A stretch of DNA of 64,000 nt from Bacteroidia bacterium. GTDB taxonomy: Bacteria; Bacteroidota; Bacteroidia; M30B66. The translations under genes and the position numbers were made by a program. The notes beneath the pieces were generated by a model. It was given only the letters and a program-made list of their open reading frames with translations, did not search any database and was not told where the DNA came from. Location: positions 1,920,001-1,984,000 of the forward strand of contig OZ257142.1 in NCBI GenBank assembly GCA_965279035.1. Direction: 5' to 3'. Positions within the stretch are counted from its first letter, which is position 1, and every line of letters begins with the position of its first letter. Positions 40,031-49,233 of the stretch are shown one piece after another.

Positions 40031-40231
40031 GTGCGTAATTACAATCGAATAAATTCCCGTTTCTGATTTGGTTGAAAAACCGGAAACACATTTTCATTTG
40101 GATTGCGAATTTAGGAATCCTTCGAACTCAAAGAACCAATTTCACCTTCAAATCGGTTCGAATAAAGTACATGCTGCCTGTTTTACTACCTTTGAGCCCG
40201 TTTCAGAAATCATAAATTTTCTTAATTCAGT

Positions 40232-42847
40232 ATGCAGTCCAAGCAAATCCGGCAAACATTCCTCGATTTTTTCGCTTCAAAAGGGCATCAAATCGTTCCT
40301 TCAGCTCCTATGGTCATTAAGAATGATCCAACGCTGATGTTCACTAATGCCGGAATGAATCAATTTAAAGATCTCTTTTTGGGGAATTCTCCTATCGTTT
40401 ATCCGCGCATTGCTGATACCCAAAAGTGTTTGCGTGTATCTGGAAAACACAACGATCTGGAAGAAGTTGGAGTGGATACCTATCACCATACCATGTTCGA
40501 AATGCTTGGCAATTGGTCGTTTGGTGATTATTTTAAGAAAGATGCCATTGCTTGGGCATGGGAACTCCTTACGGATGTTTATAAAATTGATAAATCTCGC
40601 TTGTATGTCACTGTTTTCGAAGGTGATACTTCTGAGAATTTAGCATTTGATCAAGAAGCTTACGACACTTGGAAAGAACTCATCGATCCATCCCGTATTA
40701 TCAACGGAAATAAGAAAGATAATTTCTGGGAAATGGGCGATACCGGACCATGCGGACCTTGTTCTGAAATCCATGTAGATATTCGAAGTGAAGAAGAACG
40801 AGTTCGTATTGATGGAAAAGAACTTGTGAATGCTAGTCATCCGCAAGTCATCGAAATTTGGAATAATGTCTTCATGGAATTCAACCGGAAGGCTGATGGT
40901 AGCTTAGAAAAATTGCCTGCTCAACACGTTGATACCGGAATGGGTTTCGAACGTTTATGTGTTGTACTTCAAGGAAAACAATCGAATTACGATACGGATG
41001 TTTTTCAGCCACTCATTTCTTTCCTTGAAAATCTCAGCGGAAAGACATACAAAAGCAACGAAAAGGACGATATCGCCATGCGCGTTATTGCCGATCACAT
41101 TCGTACAATTTCATTTGCAATAGCTGATGGACAGCTTCCAAGCAATAACAAAGCAGGTTATGTTATTCGTCGGATTTTACGCCGTGCTGTTCGTTATGGT
41201 TATACATTTCTTGGATTGAAAGAACCATTTATGTATACCATGGTCGATACGCTTGCAGATCAAATGGGCGTGCAGTTTCCTGAACTCAATGCGCAACGTG
41301 GTTTGATAAAGAATGTGATGCATGAAGAAGAGCAATCTTTTTTACGTACGCTTGAAACTGGTATCAATCGATTTAACGATTTTGTAGCAAAGAATACGAA
41401 TCATGATCAAGTTCCGGGTGATTTTGCATTTGAACTATTTGATACCTATGGTTTTCCAATCGACTTAACCGAATTGATGGCTCGTGAGCAGAATTTGGCT
41501 GTTGACATGATTAGTTTTAACGAGAATCTTCAAAAACAAAAAGCACGTTCTCGTTCTGCCGCAGTAGTTGAAGCAGGCGATTGGATTGTGCTTTCGGAAG
41601 ATGATGACGAGGAATTTATTGGCTATGATTATTTAGAAGCTCAAGTAAAGATTACACGCTATAGAGAAGTAACAGCAAAAGGTAAAAAGCAGTTTCAACT
41701 CATATTCAACATAACTCCTTTTTATGCAGAAAGTGGCGGTCAGGTTGGTGATTCAGGGATTTTAAAAGATGGAAACGAAATCATAAACATCTTCGATACC
41801 AAGCGTGAACATGGAGTAATTGTGCATTTTGCCGATCGACTTCCTTCGAATATTCAATCAACATTTAAGGCTGAAGTTCATCAAGGAAAGCGTGTTTCGA
41901 CGATGCGTAATCATACTGCAACTCACTTAATGCATGCTGCTTTAAGGAAAGTTTTGGGTACACATGTGGAGCAAAAAGGTTCTTTGGTGAATGATCAGCA
42001 TTTGCGTTTCGACTTTTCTCATTTTGCCAAACTCAGTCGCGAAGAAACACGCCAGATTGAAGCCCTTGTGAATGAACAAATACGCGCCAATATTATACGT
42101 GACATTCAAGTTTTGCCTATCGAAGAAGCCCGTAAAACGGGTGCAATGGCCCTTTTTGGTGAGAAGTATGGCGATCTAGTTCGTGTGGTCACATTTGACA
42201 AATCGTATTCAGTTGAGCTCTGTGGAGGCACACACGTTTCTGCAACAGGTCAAATTGGATATTTTAAGATTGTGTCGGAAAGTGCTGTGGCTGCTGGTGT
42301 TCGAAGAATTGAAGCCATTACAGGAGAAGCAGCTGATTTGCAGATTTTGGAGGATGCAAACTTGGTAGAACAAATCAAAGAAGTCCTCAAAGGAGCAAAG
42401 GATCCACTGAAAGGAATTCAGCAAATTCTGGATGAGAAGCAGGAATTGGAAAAGAAACTGGAGCAGTTACAAAGAGAGAAGGCGGGACAAATACGTAAAT
42501 CACTCGATTCGAAAATTGAGCAAGCAGGTTCCTTAAAACGCTTGGTAGATACGTTGGATCTAGATTCTCCAGAATTAATTAAGAATATCGCATTTGACCT
42601 TAAGTCGATACACCCTGATTTGATTTTAGTTCTTGGACATCAAAGCAACGGAAAGCCTATGCTGACTGTAGCATTGGGTGATCAAGCGGTTAATCAAGGC
42701 CTCAATGCGAGTAATTTAGTGAAAGACTTAGCAAAAGAGATCAATGGAGGTGGTGGTGGACAAGTCTTTTATGCAACAGCCGGAGGATCAAAACCAGAAG
42801 GATTAAAAGCTGCGTTGGATAAGGCAAAAGAGTTAAAGGGCGTTTGA
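40232..42847 (+). CDS. alaS: Alanine--tRNA ligase
   Basis: 'DPTLMFTNAGMNQFK', 'HHTMFEMLGNWSFGDYFK', 'DTGMGFER', editing motifs 'HTATH' and 'ELCGGTH', 'GGGGG'; -7 box TACCTTTG at 40187-40194. Confidence 0.98.
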   Translation: MQSKQIRQTFLDFFASKGHQIVPSAPMVIKNDPTLMFTNAGMNQFKDLFLGNSPIVYPRIADTQKCLRVSGKHNDLEEVGVDTYHHTMFEMLGNWSFGDYFKKDAIAWAWELLTDVYKIDKSRLYVTVFEGDTSENLAFDQEAYDTWKELIDPSRIINGNKKDNFWEMGDTGPCGPCSEIHVDIRSEEERVRIDGKELVNASHPQVIEIWNNVFMEFNRKADGSLEKLPAQHVDTGMGFERLCVVLQGKQSNYDTDVFQPLISFLENLSGKTYKSNEKDDIAMRVIADHIRTISFAIADGQLPSNNKAGYVIRRILRRAVRYGYTFLGLKEPFMYTMVDTLADQMGVQFPELNAQRGLIKNVMHEEEQSFLRTLETGINRFNDFVAKNTNHDQVPGDFAFELFDTYGFPIDLTELMAREQNLAVDMISFNENLQKQKARSRSAAVVEAGDWIVLSEDDDEEFIGYDYLEAQVKITRYREVTAKGKKQFQLIFNITPFYAESGGQVGDSGILKDGNEIINIFDTKREHGVIVHFADRLPSNIQSTFKAEVHQGKRVSTMRNHTATHLMHAALRKVLGTHVEQKGSLVNDQHLRFDFSHFAKLSREETRQIEALVNEQIRANIIRDIQVLPIEEARKTGAMALFGEKYGDLVRVVTFDKSYSVELCGGTHVSATGQIGYFKIVSESAVAAGVRRIEAITGEAADLQILEDANLVEQIKEVLKGAKDPLKGIQQILDEKQELEKKLEQLQREKAGQIRKSLDSKIEQAGSLKRLVDTLDLDSPELIKNIAFDLKSIHPDLILVLGHQSNGKPMLTVALGDQAVNQGLNASNLVKDLAKEINGGGGGQVFYATAGGSKPEGLKAALDKAKELKGV

Positions 42848-42883
42848 AACGAATTGGGAATTTAAACCAATTGGATTTACCTC

Positions 42884-43630
42884 TTAAAACTTAAAAGAGT
42901 CTTTCGGATATTCTACTTCAATTAGAAAAAGTCCTGCTGCAGGAACACTGGCTCCGGCATTGGTTCGTTTGCCCGATTTCATAACGCGTTGTAGATCATC
43001 GGCTGGGCGTTTGTGTAGACCAATTTCGAGCAAAGTACCAACGATTGCACGCACCATGTTCCATAAAAAACGGTCGGCACTGATGCGAAAAATGAGCAAT
43101 TCATCTTGCTCTACCCATTCGGCTCGTGTAATGGTGCAGATGGTCGTTTTATTTTTCGAATGTGCTTTTGTAAACGCTCCAAAATCGTGGGTTCCGAGCA
43201 ATTCGGCAGAAACATTTCGAAGTAAATCGAGGTCAAGTTGATCGTGCACGTAAAAACTTCTTCCTTTTAAGAAAGGATTGAGACTATGCGTAATTCGGTA
43301 TTCATAACTACGACTTAAGGCACTAAATCGAGCATGAAGTCGTTCATCTACTTTGGTGATTCCACGGAATTCAATTCCTGGAACTCTCAATTCAGCAAGG
43401 GCTTTCAATAAAGCTTCGGTATCGAGATCTTGGTCAATATCAAAATGTGCATAATATTCTTCCGCATGCACTCCGGCATCAGTTCTTCCACAACCAATTG
43501 TCTCGATAGTTTCTTCTAGAAGTTGAGATAATTTCTCATTTACTACTCCTTGAATTGAAACAGCATTTGTCTGAAACTGCCAGCCATGGTAATGTGTTCC
43601 TTTATATCGTAATCGGATGAAATAGCGCAT
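42884..43630 (-). CDS. truA: tRNA pseudouridine(38-40) synthase
   Basis: 'YKGTHYHGWQ', 'GCGRTDAGVHA', 'HARFSA', 'RFLWNMVRAIVG', 'GLFL'. Confidence 0.95.
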   Translation of the reverse strand: MRYFIRLRYKGTHYHGWQFQTNAVSIQGVVNEKLSQLLEETIETIGCGRTDAGVHAEEYYAHFDIDQDLDTEALLKALAELRVPGIEFRGITKVDERLHARFSALSRSYEYRITHSLNPFLKGRSFYVHDQLDLDLLRNVSAELLGTHDFGAFTKAHSKNKTTICTITRAEWVEQDELLIFRISADRFLWNMVRAIVGTLLEIGLHKRPADDLQRVMKSGKRTNAGASVPAAGLFLIEVEYPKDSFKF

Positions 43631-43648
43631 GTGTTTTACTGAATATCC

Positions 43649-44494
43649 TTAGTGTTTTCCAAATGCCCATTTCAAAAAATACGGCATTGCTTTTCCCCAA
43701 GTCGGGACATCATGGTGACCATTTTTAACTTCATGATACACAACATCATAATAAGGTTTGTATCCTTTTTTGATTAGTTCAATCATCAAATCCAAGGTAT
43801 CGTCAATGGCATCAATGATACCGTTGTTATTGCGATCAGCTTTTTCATCCAATGTTCCTGCTTGGAACCAGAATTTCATTCCGGGGATAAATTTTCCATG
43901 TCGGATTTCGGAATGTAGGATGCGGTCATTGTCGGTATATCCTTTTAAGAGATCACGCTTTCGCCACCAAAAAGCACCCGAAAACGCGCCACATTTTTGG
44001 AAAATTCCTGGATTATTCCATGCAATATCAACTGCCGATAATCCTCCTAAAGAATATCCAGCAATGACATTCGCAGTATCAAATCGACTTACCGCATAAC
44101 CTGATTCAAGCCAAGGAAATAGATGATCGGTAATAAAGGCTGTGTATTGTTTGGCTCTTGCACCTCTTTTTTTATAATCAGCTTTCGCTGCAACACCATA
44201 TTCTTGAATGCGTTCGCCACAGTAAATCCCTACCACCACAAAAGGAACACATACATTTTCTAACCACAATTTATTTAAAATATCCAGCAAGCCCATATTT
44301 TCGCTATCCTGTCCATCATTCAACATTAACACAGGTAATTTCTCATTCATGGAATGATAGCCTGGCGGAAGGAAAATATCCACTTTGACTTCTCTGTCCA
44401 ATTCGATTGAGTGAATGCCTTGAAAAGTTTCGAGTGTCCAGCTAGTTTCCGAATTCGTTAAGATCTCCTTCTTAAGTTTTGAATGCCCTTCCAT
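43649..44494 (-). CDS. Alpha/beta-hydrolase (Fes-like esterase family)
   Basis: 'LPPGY', 'LNDGQD', nucleophile elbow 'GYSLGG', 'FSGAFWW', 'DRNNNGIID', His in 'GHHDVPTW'. Confidence 0.88.
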   Translation of the reverse strand: MEGHSKLKKEILTNSETSWTLETFQGIHSIELDREVKVDIFLPPGYHSMNEKLPVLMLNDGQDSENMGLLDILNKLWLENVCVPFVVVGIYCGERIQEYGVAAKADYKKRGARAKQYTAFITDHLFPWLESGYAVSRFDTANVIAGYSLGGLSAVDIAWNNPGIFQKCGAFSGAFWWRKRDLLKGYTDNDRILHSEIRHGKFIPGMKFWFQAGTLDEKADRNNNGIIDAIDDTLDLMIELIKKGYKPYYDVVYHEVKNGHHDVPTWGKAMPYFLKWAFGKH

Positions 44495-44790
44495 AATGGC
44501 AAATCTGCTTTATTTCTGTTTGCAATCGTTCAGAAATGCAAATTTCTTTCAACAGGTATCTCCATATTATTGAAATTGATATCTTTGTGCCCGAAAAATG
44601 AATATCCGATAGTGAATGAGCTATATTTTTGTTTAGTTTGTTTTCTTTCGGATGCTTTGTTAAGAAAATGTTAAGTGGATGATGCGATTTATTTTCATAG
44701 GTTTTAATAAACGAAACGGAACAGAATCAATTCCTTCTTAACTTTCCAACTCAAACTAGCACTCACATCAAAAAACTAATACACATCAAC

Positions 44791-45858
44791 ATGAAAAAAA
44801 TCGGAATTCTTCACGGCATGGAAAGCTCTTTTCCAGATGCAATTATTGAAAAGATAAATTCTATGGGATTGAAAGATATTCAGGCAGAACGCGTTCTGAT
44901 TGATATTGTATCACAATCGGAGCCAACAGATTATGCTGTTATCATCGATCGAATTTCTCAAGATGTGCCATTTTATCGTGCTTACCTTAAAAATGCTGCT
45001 ATTTCTGGTACTGCTGTCATCAATAATCCATTTTGGTGGAGTGCTGATGAGAAATTTTTCAATAATGCATTAGCAGTGAAATTAGGAGTTCCGGTTCCTA
45101 AAACGGTTTTACTTCCTTCTTTCGAACGTCCGGCTGATACTTCTGAAGCTTCTTTCCGGAATTTACATTTCCCTTTAAGTTGGGATGCTATTTTCGATCA
45201 CATCAAATTTCCAGCGTACATGAAACCTCATGCTGGTGGTGGTTGGAAAAGTGTTTACAAAGTGAACAATGCTGAAGAGCTTTTTACAGCATACCACGAA
45301 ACCAATCAATTGGTTATGATGCTTCAAGAAGAAATTATTTTTGAAGAATACTATCGTTGCTATTGCATTGGAGGAAAACATGTTCGCATCATGCAATATG
45401 AACCACGCAATCCACATCATTTACGTTATGTTGTTGATAGCAAACCTTCTAGTGCTAAGCTTCTTAAAACAATCGAAGACTATGTTCTTAAATTGAATCA
45501 TGCCTTAGGTTATGATTTCAATACGGTTGAATTTGCTGTTCGCGATGGCATTCCTTACGCAATCGATTTTTGCAATCCAGCTCCAGATGCTGATGTAGCT
45601 AGTGTTGGCCAAGAAAACTTTGATTGGGTTGTTGAAACTGCTGCTAATTACGCCATTGAACGCGCTCGTGCACAAAAAGATGGTCAAGACAATTTGACTT
45701 GGGGTACTTACATTAGCAAAGCAGCTTTAAAATTAAATCCTGCTGGCGAGGCACCAAAAACAGCTTCTGCTCCTAAAGCAAAAGCCGTAAAAGCCACAGA
45801 AGAAAAAGCTCCAGCGAAGAAATCTCCTGCAAAAAAGGTAGCAACAGCGAAAGCATAA
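44791..45858 (+). CDS. RimK-like ATP-grasp amide ligase with Lys/Ala/Pro-rich tail
   Basis: 'VINNP...DEKF', 'GVPVPKT', 'FPAYMKPHAGGGWKSV', 'LQEEI', 'VEFAV', 'IDFCNPAPD'. Confidence 0.85.
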   Translation: MKKIGILHGMESSFPDAIIEKINSMGLKDIQAERVLIDIVSQSEPTDYAVIIDRISQDVPFYRAYLKNAAISGTAVINNPFWWSADEKFFNNALAVKLGVPVPKTVLLPSFERPADTSEASFRNLHFPLSWDAIFDHIKFPAYMKPHAGGGWKSVYKVNNAEELFTAYHETNQLVMMLQEEIIFEEYYRCYCIGGKHVRIMQYEPRNPHHLRYVVDSKPSSAKLLKTIEDYVLKLNHALGYDFNTVEFAVRDGIPYAIDFCNPAPDADVASVGQENFDWVVETAANYAIERARAQKDGQDNLTWGTYISKAALKLNPAGEAPKTASAPKAKAVKATEEKAPAKKSPAKKVATAKA

Positions 45859-45869
45859 TAACCTGTTTA

Positions 45870-45910
45870 AAAAACACCGGAACTTCATACACGTTGTTTC
45901 CGGTGTTTTT
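45870..45910 (+). terminator. Terminator-like hairpin inside the ligase cluster
   Basis: AAAAACACCGGAA...TTCCGGTGTTTTT. Confidence 0.65.
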
Positions 45911-45953
45911 CTATTTTGCAGCGTTACTTTACTAACCTGATAAAATACATTCT

Positions 45954-47057
45954 GTGTCAATTCCTGCATTTACTCTCGGTATAGAAGAAGAATACATGGT
46001 TGTTAATCCCGAAACGCGGGAATTATCATCGCATGATCAAAAAATTGTAGAGCAAGCCAGTCGTGTTCTTGATGATCAGGTGAAAGCTGAAATGCATCAA
46101 GCGGTTGTTGAAGTTGGAACTGGGATTTGCAAAGATGTTTTTGAAGCAAAGAAAGATCTCGCCAATTTGCGTAAAACTGTTTCTCAAGTTGCAATAGATA
46201 ATGGATTACGTATTGGTGCTGCCGGAACACATCCCTTTTCTCATTGGAGCACGCAACTCATCACTCCCAATCCACGATACGAAGACATTGTAAATGAATT
46301 GCAAGATGCTGCTCGTTCCAATTTGATCTTTGGATTGCATGTGCACGTTGGTATCGCTGATAAACAAATGGCGATGCATATTGCGAATTCGGTTCGTTAC
46401 TTTCTTCCTCACGTTTATGCCTTAAGTACAAATTCACCATTTTGGGAAGGACGCAATACCGGATTTAAAAGCTTTCGTTCCAAAGTATTCGATAAATTTC
46501 CCCGTACGGGAATTCCCGATTATTTCAATACCTACGAAGATTTTATTGGCTATGTAAATCTGTTAGTGAAAACAGGATGCATCGATAACGCAAAGAAAAT
46601 TTGGTGGGATTTACGTGTTCATCCATTCTTCCCAACCATCGAATTCCGGATTTGTGATATTCCGATGTTGATTGATGAAACAATTTGTATAGCAGCTATT
46701 TTTCAAGCCTTGGTTGCTAAATTATACAAGTTACGCACAAGCAATCTCAATTTCATGCTGTATACACGTGCTCTCATTAATGAAAATAAATGGCGTGCAG
46801 GACGGTATGGAATAGATGGGAAAATGATTGATTTCGGGAAAGAAGAAGAAGTGAAAACACGCTTACTAATACTCGAATTGCTCGATTTTATTGATGATGT
46901 GGTGGATGATTTAGGAAGTCGCGATGCCATCAATTATGTTCACACCATGATTGAACGGGGAACAGGTGCTGATCGTCAATTGCAGGTTTATGAAGAAACA
47001 GGCGATCTAGTTAAAGTGGTAGATTATATTCTTGAACAAACGTTAATAGGAACATAG
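45954..47057 (+). CDS. Carboxylate-amine ligase, YbdK / glutamate--cysteine ligase family 2
   Basis: 'TLGIEEEY', 'AAGTHPF', 'FGLHVHVG', 'NSPFWEG', 'WWDLRVHP', 'TIEFRICD', 'ENKWRAGRYG'; GTG start. Confidence 0.92.
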   Translation: MSIPAFTLGIEEEYMVVNPETRELSSHDQKIVEQASRVLDDQVKAEMHQAVVEVGTGICKDVFEAKKDLANLRKTVSQVAIDNGLRIGAAGTHPFSHWSTQLITPNPRYEDIVNELQDAARSNLIFGLHVHVGIADKQMAMHIANSVRYFLPHVYALSTNSPFWEGRNTGFKSFRSKVFDKFPRTGIPDYFNTYEDFIGYVNLLVKTGCIDNAKKIWWDLRVHPFFPTIEFRICDIPMLIDETICIAAIFQALVAKLYKLRTSNLNFMLYTRALINENKWRAGRYGIDGKMIDFGKEEEVKTRLLILELLDFIDDVVDDLGSRDAINYVHTMIERGTGADRQLQVYEETGDLVKVVDYILEQTLIGT

Positions 47058-47096
47058 TTCTTCTTTATACGTTATGATTCAATAAAAAAACAATAC

Positions 47097-47933
47097 ATGT
47101 TAGAGCACTCATTGCGCATTGCGATTTTAGACTTATATGATGGTGAAGCCAATCAAGGTATGCGCTGTATTCGTGAAATACTTCATGATTTTGGCGTTGA
47201 CAATGCCATCCATATAGAAGTTGATGAATTTGATGTTCGAGGGAAATCTGAAATTCCAGATTTAAGTTTTGATGCCTACATTTCTACCGGTGGACCTGGT
47301 AGCCCAACCGACAGCGAAGGTTCCGAATGGGAAAAAGTGTATTTCGGTTTTATGGATGAATTGAAACTGAATAATCGACATCAACCCGAGAATAAAAAGT
47401 TTGTCTTTTTGATTTGCCATTCCTTTCAGATATATAGTCGATACTATGGTTTGGGCAAAGTTTCTAAGCGATTGTCCACTTCGTTTGGTGTTATGCCTAT
47501 ACATATGACTGGAGCGGGCACGCGTGAACCTTATTTTAAAGGACTCATGGATCCATTTTGGGCAGTTGATTCTCGCGATTGGCAGGTCACTGAACCCGAT
47601 ATGAAGAAAATTCATGCAGCTGGTGGTGATGTATTAAGTATTGAAAAATACCGACCACATGTTAAATTGGAACGTTGTGTTATGGCGATGCGTTTTGATG
47701 ATGCTATTTTTGGAACACAGTTTCATCCGGAAGCTGATTCACGAGGTATGTTAATTCATATGCTTACTGAAGAGAAGAAGAAAAACGTAATCGATCATCA
47801 TGGAGAAGAAAAATACCATAGCATGATTGAGCATTTGAATGATCCTGATAAAATCGTTTTTACACACGATACTATTTTACCTAATTTCCTTCAGCACGCC
47901 GTTTCGGCCGGCAAAGATTTGATACTTAAATAA
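47097..47933 (+). CDS. Class I glutamine amidotransferase-like protein
   Basis: Oxyanion 'STGGPGSP', nucleophile 'ICHSFQ', His-Glu 'TQFHPE': complete triad. Confidence 0.88.
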   Translation: MLEHSLRIAILDLYDGEANQGMRCIREILHDFGVDNAIHIEVDEFDVRGKSEIPDLSFDAYISTGGPGSPTDSEGSEWEKVYFGFMDELKLNNRHQPENKKFVFLICHSFQIYSRYYGLGKVSKRLSTSFGVMPIHMTGAGTREPYFKGLMDPFWAVDSRDWQVTEPDMKKIHAAGGDVLSIEKYRPHVKLERCVMAMRFDDAIFGTQFHPEADSRGMLIHMLTEEKKKNVIDHHGEEKYHSMIEHLNDPDKIVFTHDTILPNFLQHAVSAGKDLILK

Positions 47934-47935
47934 TC

Positions 47936-49135
47936 ATGATAAAAGCAATTCGAGAACGCTATAACCAAGAATTTACTGAGGAAAAATATCAAGCTTTTTT
48001 GGATGATGTAAATTCTCAATTCAATTATAAAGTTCATTTCAGAGTTGCTGAATCGCCAGTTTTCTTTCCAAAATCATTCAAGAATAAATTGATTGAAGCA
48101 GGAGAGAGTATCATTAAAACGTTATTGCGCGACGATTATAAGGAACTCACTCGTGCCGCTGTTCCCGAAGGTTTATTTGTGCCAAATGAAGACGAGCATT
48201 CCAATTTTTTAGCACTCGATTTTGCTGTTTGTTTGGATCAAGAGGGAGAATTAATTCCACAATTAATCGAATTACAAGGATTTCCTTCTTTATTCGCATT
48301 TCAGGATTTTATACAAGCTATGTATAAGAAACATTTTTATGTGCCTGAAAACTTCAGTGCTTTCTTCAGTGATCTCGATTCTTCGCATTATGTTGAACGG
48401 CTCAAGGCATTACTATTAAATGGACATCAACCTGAAAATGTTATTCTTTTAGAAATAGAGCCATATAAGCAAAGTACATCCATCGATTTTATTGTTACTC
48501 AAGAACGAACAGGAATTCGTCCCGTTTGCATCACCGAAATAATACGTGAAGGCAAGGATTTGTTTTATCTACGTGATGGAATTAAAACACCGATTCATCG
48601 AATTTATAACCGAGTGATTTTTGATGAATTCAGCCGACGTGATGATTTAAAATGTCAGTTTAATTTAACTGAGGATGTGAATGTAGAATGGGCTGGACAT
48701 CCCAATTGGTTCTTTCGTGTAAGTAAATACGTGATGCCATTTTTATCGAGCCCCTATGTTCCCGAATGTCGTTTTCTGCATGAGATAACAGAGATTCCAA
48801 GCGATCTCGAAAATTATGTTTTAAAACCACTTTTCTCATTTTCGGGGACAGGAGTGAAGTTTCATGTAGCGAAAGAAGACATTGATTCTATTCCAATGGA
48901 AGAACGATCGGGGTTTTTATTGCAACGAAAAGTGAAGTACGAACCAGTGTTGCAAGCTCCTGATGGATTGGTTAAAGTTGAAGTTCGCTTACTCTATTTC
49001 TGGGAAAATAAAAACGCGCTACCTCAATTGGTTGTTAATCTTTCGCGTTTGAGTAGAGGCGAAATGATTGGAGTGAAATTCAATAAAGATAAAACTTGGG
49101 TAGGAGGGAACGTGTGTTTCTTTGAGCAGGATTAG
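47936..49135 (+). CDS. Circularly permuted ATP-grasp-like ligase (glutathionylspermidine synthase-like)
   Basis: Early 'ALDF' and 'LIELQGFPS', then 'IYNR', 'HPNW...SK', 'YVLKPLFSFSGTGV', 'LLQRKV', 'EVRL': permuted motif order. Confidence 0.7.
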   Translation: MIKAIRERYNQEFTEEKYQAFLDDVNSQFNYKVHFRVAESPVFFPKSFKNKLIEAGESIIKTLLRDDYKELTRAAVPEGLFVPNEDEHSNFLALDFAVCLDQEGELIPQLIELQGFPSLFAFQDFIQAMYKKHFYVPENFSAFFSDLDSSHYVERLKALLLNGHQPENVILLEIEPYKQSTSIDFIVTQERTGIRPVCITEIIREGKDLFYLRDGIKTPIHRIYNRVIFDEFSRRDDLKCQFNLTEDVNVEWAGHPNWFFRVSKYVMPFLSSPYVPECRFLHEITEIPSDLENYVLKPLFSFSGTGVKFHVAKEDIDSIPMEERSGFLLQRKVKYEPVLQAPDGLVKVEVRLLYFWENKNALPQLVVNLSRLSRGEMIGVKFNKDKTWVGGNVCFFEQD

Positions 49136-49233
49136 AACGAAATTCTCATCTTAATTCTCGAACAATACAAGCATTTTTTTGCTAAGAATTCCTGTTGTAG
49201 TTTGCAGTCTTATTACTAAAACTGCACGCACGC

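Noticed and set aside
44495-44790. RiPP (graspetide) precursor beside the ATP-grasp gene, including ORF 44483-44674
   Set aside because: No convincing small ORF with repeated core motifs; the ORF overlaps the hydrolase start and looks like promoter DNA.
44791-47057. Ordinary glutathione biosynthesis (gshA/gshB)
   Set aside because: The ATP-grasp protein lacks the recognisable GshB N-terminal pattern, the GCS2 protein is YbdK-type, and the extra ligase and hydrolases would be unexplained. Not excluded biochemically.
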